DNA of 32,000 bases, from the NCBI RefSeq assembly GCF_000253055.1, contig NC_016070.1:1800001-1832000 (forward strand), read 5' to 3'. A model generated the notes under the pieces. That model saw nothing but the letters and a program-made list of their open reading frames with translations, was not told where the DNA came from and did not search any database. The translations under genes and the position numbers were made by a program. Below, piece after piece: positions 31,861 to 32,000 of this stretch (position 1 is the first letter of the stretch; each line of letters begins with the position of its first letter). This stretch comes from Thermoproteus tenax Kra 1. Its GTDB lineage: Archaea; Thermoproteota; Thermoprotei; Thermoproteales; Thermoproteaceae.

Positions 31861-32000
31861 AGCGTAGTCCCCTCTTGATGTCTACGATGGCTACGGCGTC
31901 GCGCCCTCTTCCGACCACAGTGAAGGAAGGCGAGAGGGCTCTGGGCAGATCTGCCGCGGGCCTGAACGCCTCTACAGATCGGAAGAGTTAAATCCCAGGC

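Noticed and set aside
31856-32000. Open minus-strand frame running in from the window edge (...RGVQARGRSAQSPLAFLHCGRKRARRRSHRRHQEGTTLLQ*)
   Set aside because: The Arg-rich composition is not protein-like, and the frame coincides with predicted RNA or DNA hairpins. More sequence beyond 32000 would be needed to revisit this.

Overview
The window looks like dense chromosomal DNA from a hyperthermophilic crenarchaeon, probably Thermoproteales (Pyrobaculum/Thermoproteus-like). That assignment is an inference from three things: gene content, TATA boxes sitting about 22-27 nt upstream of start codons (leaderless mRNAs), and compact C/D-box sRNA genes. I did not run any database search.

About 45 protein genes are packed with frequent start/stop overlaps. 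Most are housekeeping:
- Information processing: aIF5A, L21e, S8e, S4e, RpoF/Rpo4, TFB, Gar1, SRP19, a GPN-loop GTPase, CCA-adding enzyme, a 2',3'-cyclic phosphodiesterase and an Nre-type repair protein.
- Metabolism: ApgM, an ornithine cyclodeaminase-like enzyme, SerA plus a class V aminotransferase plus a DUF89 phosphatase, a cystathionine gamma-synthase-like enzyme, a PfkB kinase, a ThiF-like E1, a radical SAM enzyme, and TauE/DUF1634/CutA.

I found no rRNA, tRNA, CRISPR array, transposase or integrase.

The non-routine content is:
1. An accessory-looking block at 27.8-31.7 kb. It holds a single-HKD PLD-family protein split by an AT-rich coiled-coil/two-TM insert. That gene converges on and overlaps a four-gene operon: membrane protein, MoxR-type AAA+ ATPase, small helical protein, and an HExxH-peptidase/VWA fusion. 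This is my best candidate for an uncharacterised NTP-dependent (conflict-type) system.
2. Three C/D-box sRNA candidates. Two of them have a D box that starts on the nucleotide after the TAG stop of a convergent gene.
3. A very GC-rich, highly structured non-coding segment at 5.87-6.05 kb. It is bracketed by copies of a hairpin-plus-tail motif that recurs at 17.85 kb and 31.8 kb with compensatory substitutions, and it lies next to an extremely AT-rich tract.
4. A serA / aminotransferase / DUF89 operon, which suggests a non-canonical phosphoserine phosphatase.

All functional calls come from motifs I recognised by eye, so they need confirmation by homology search.
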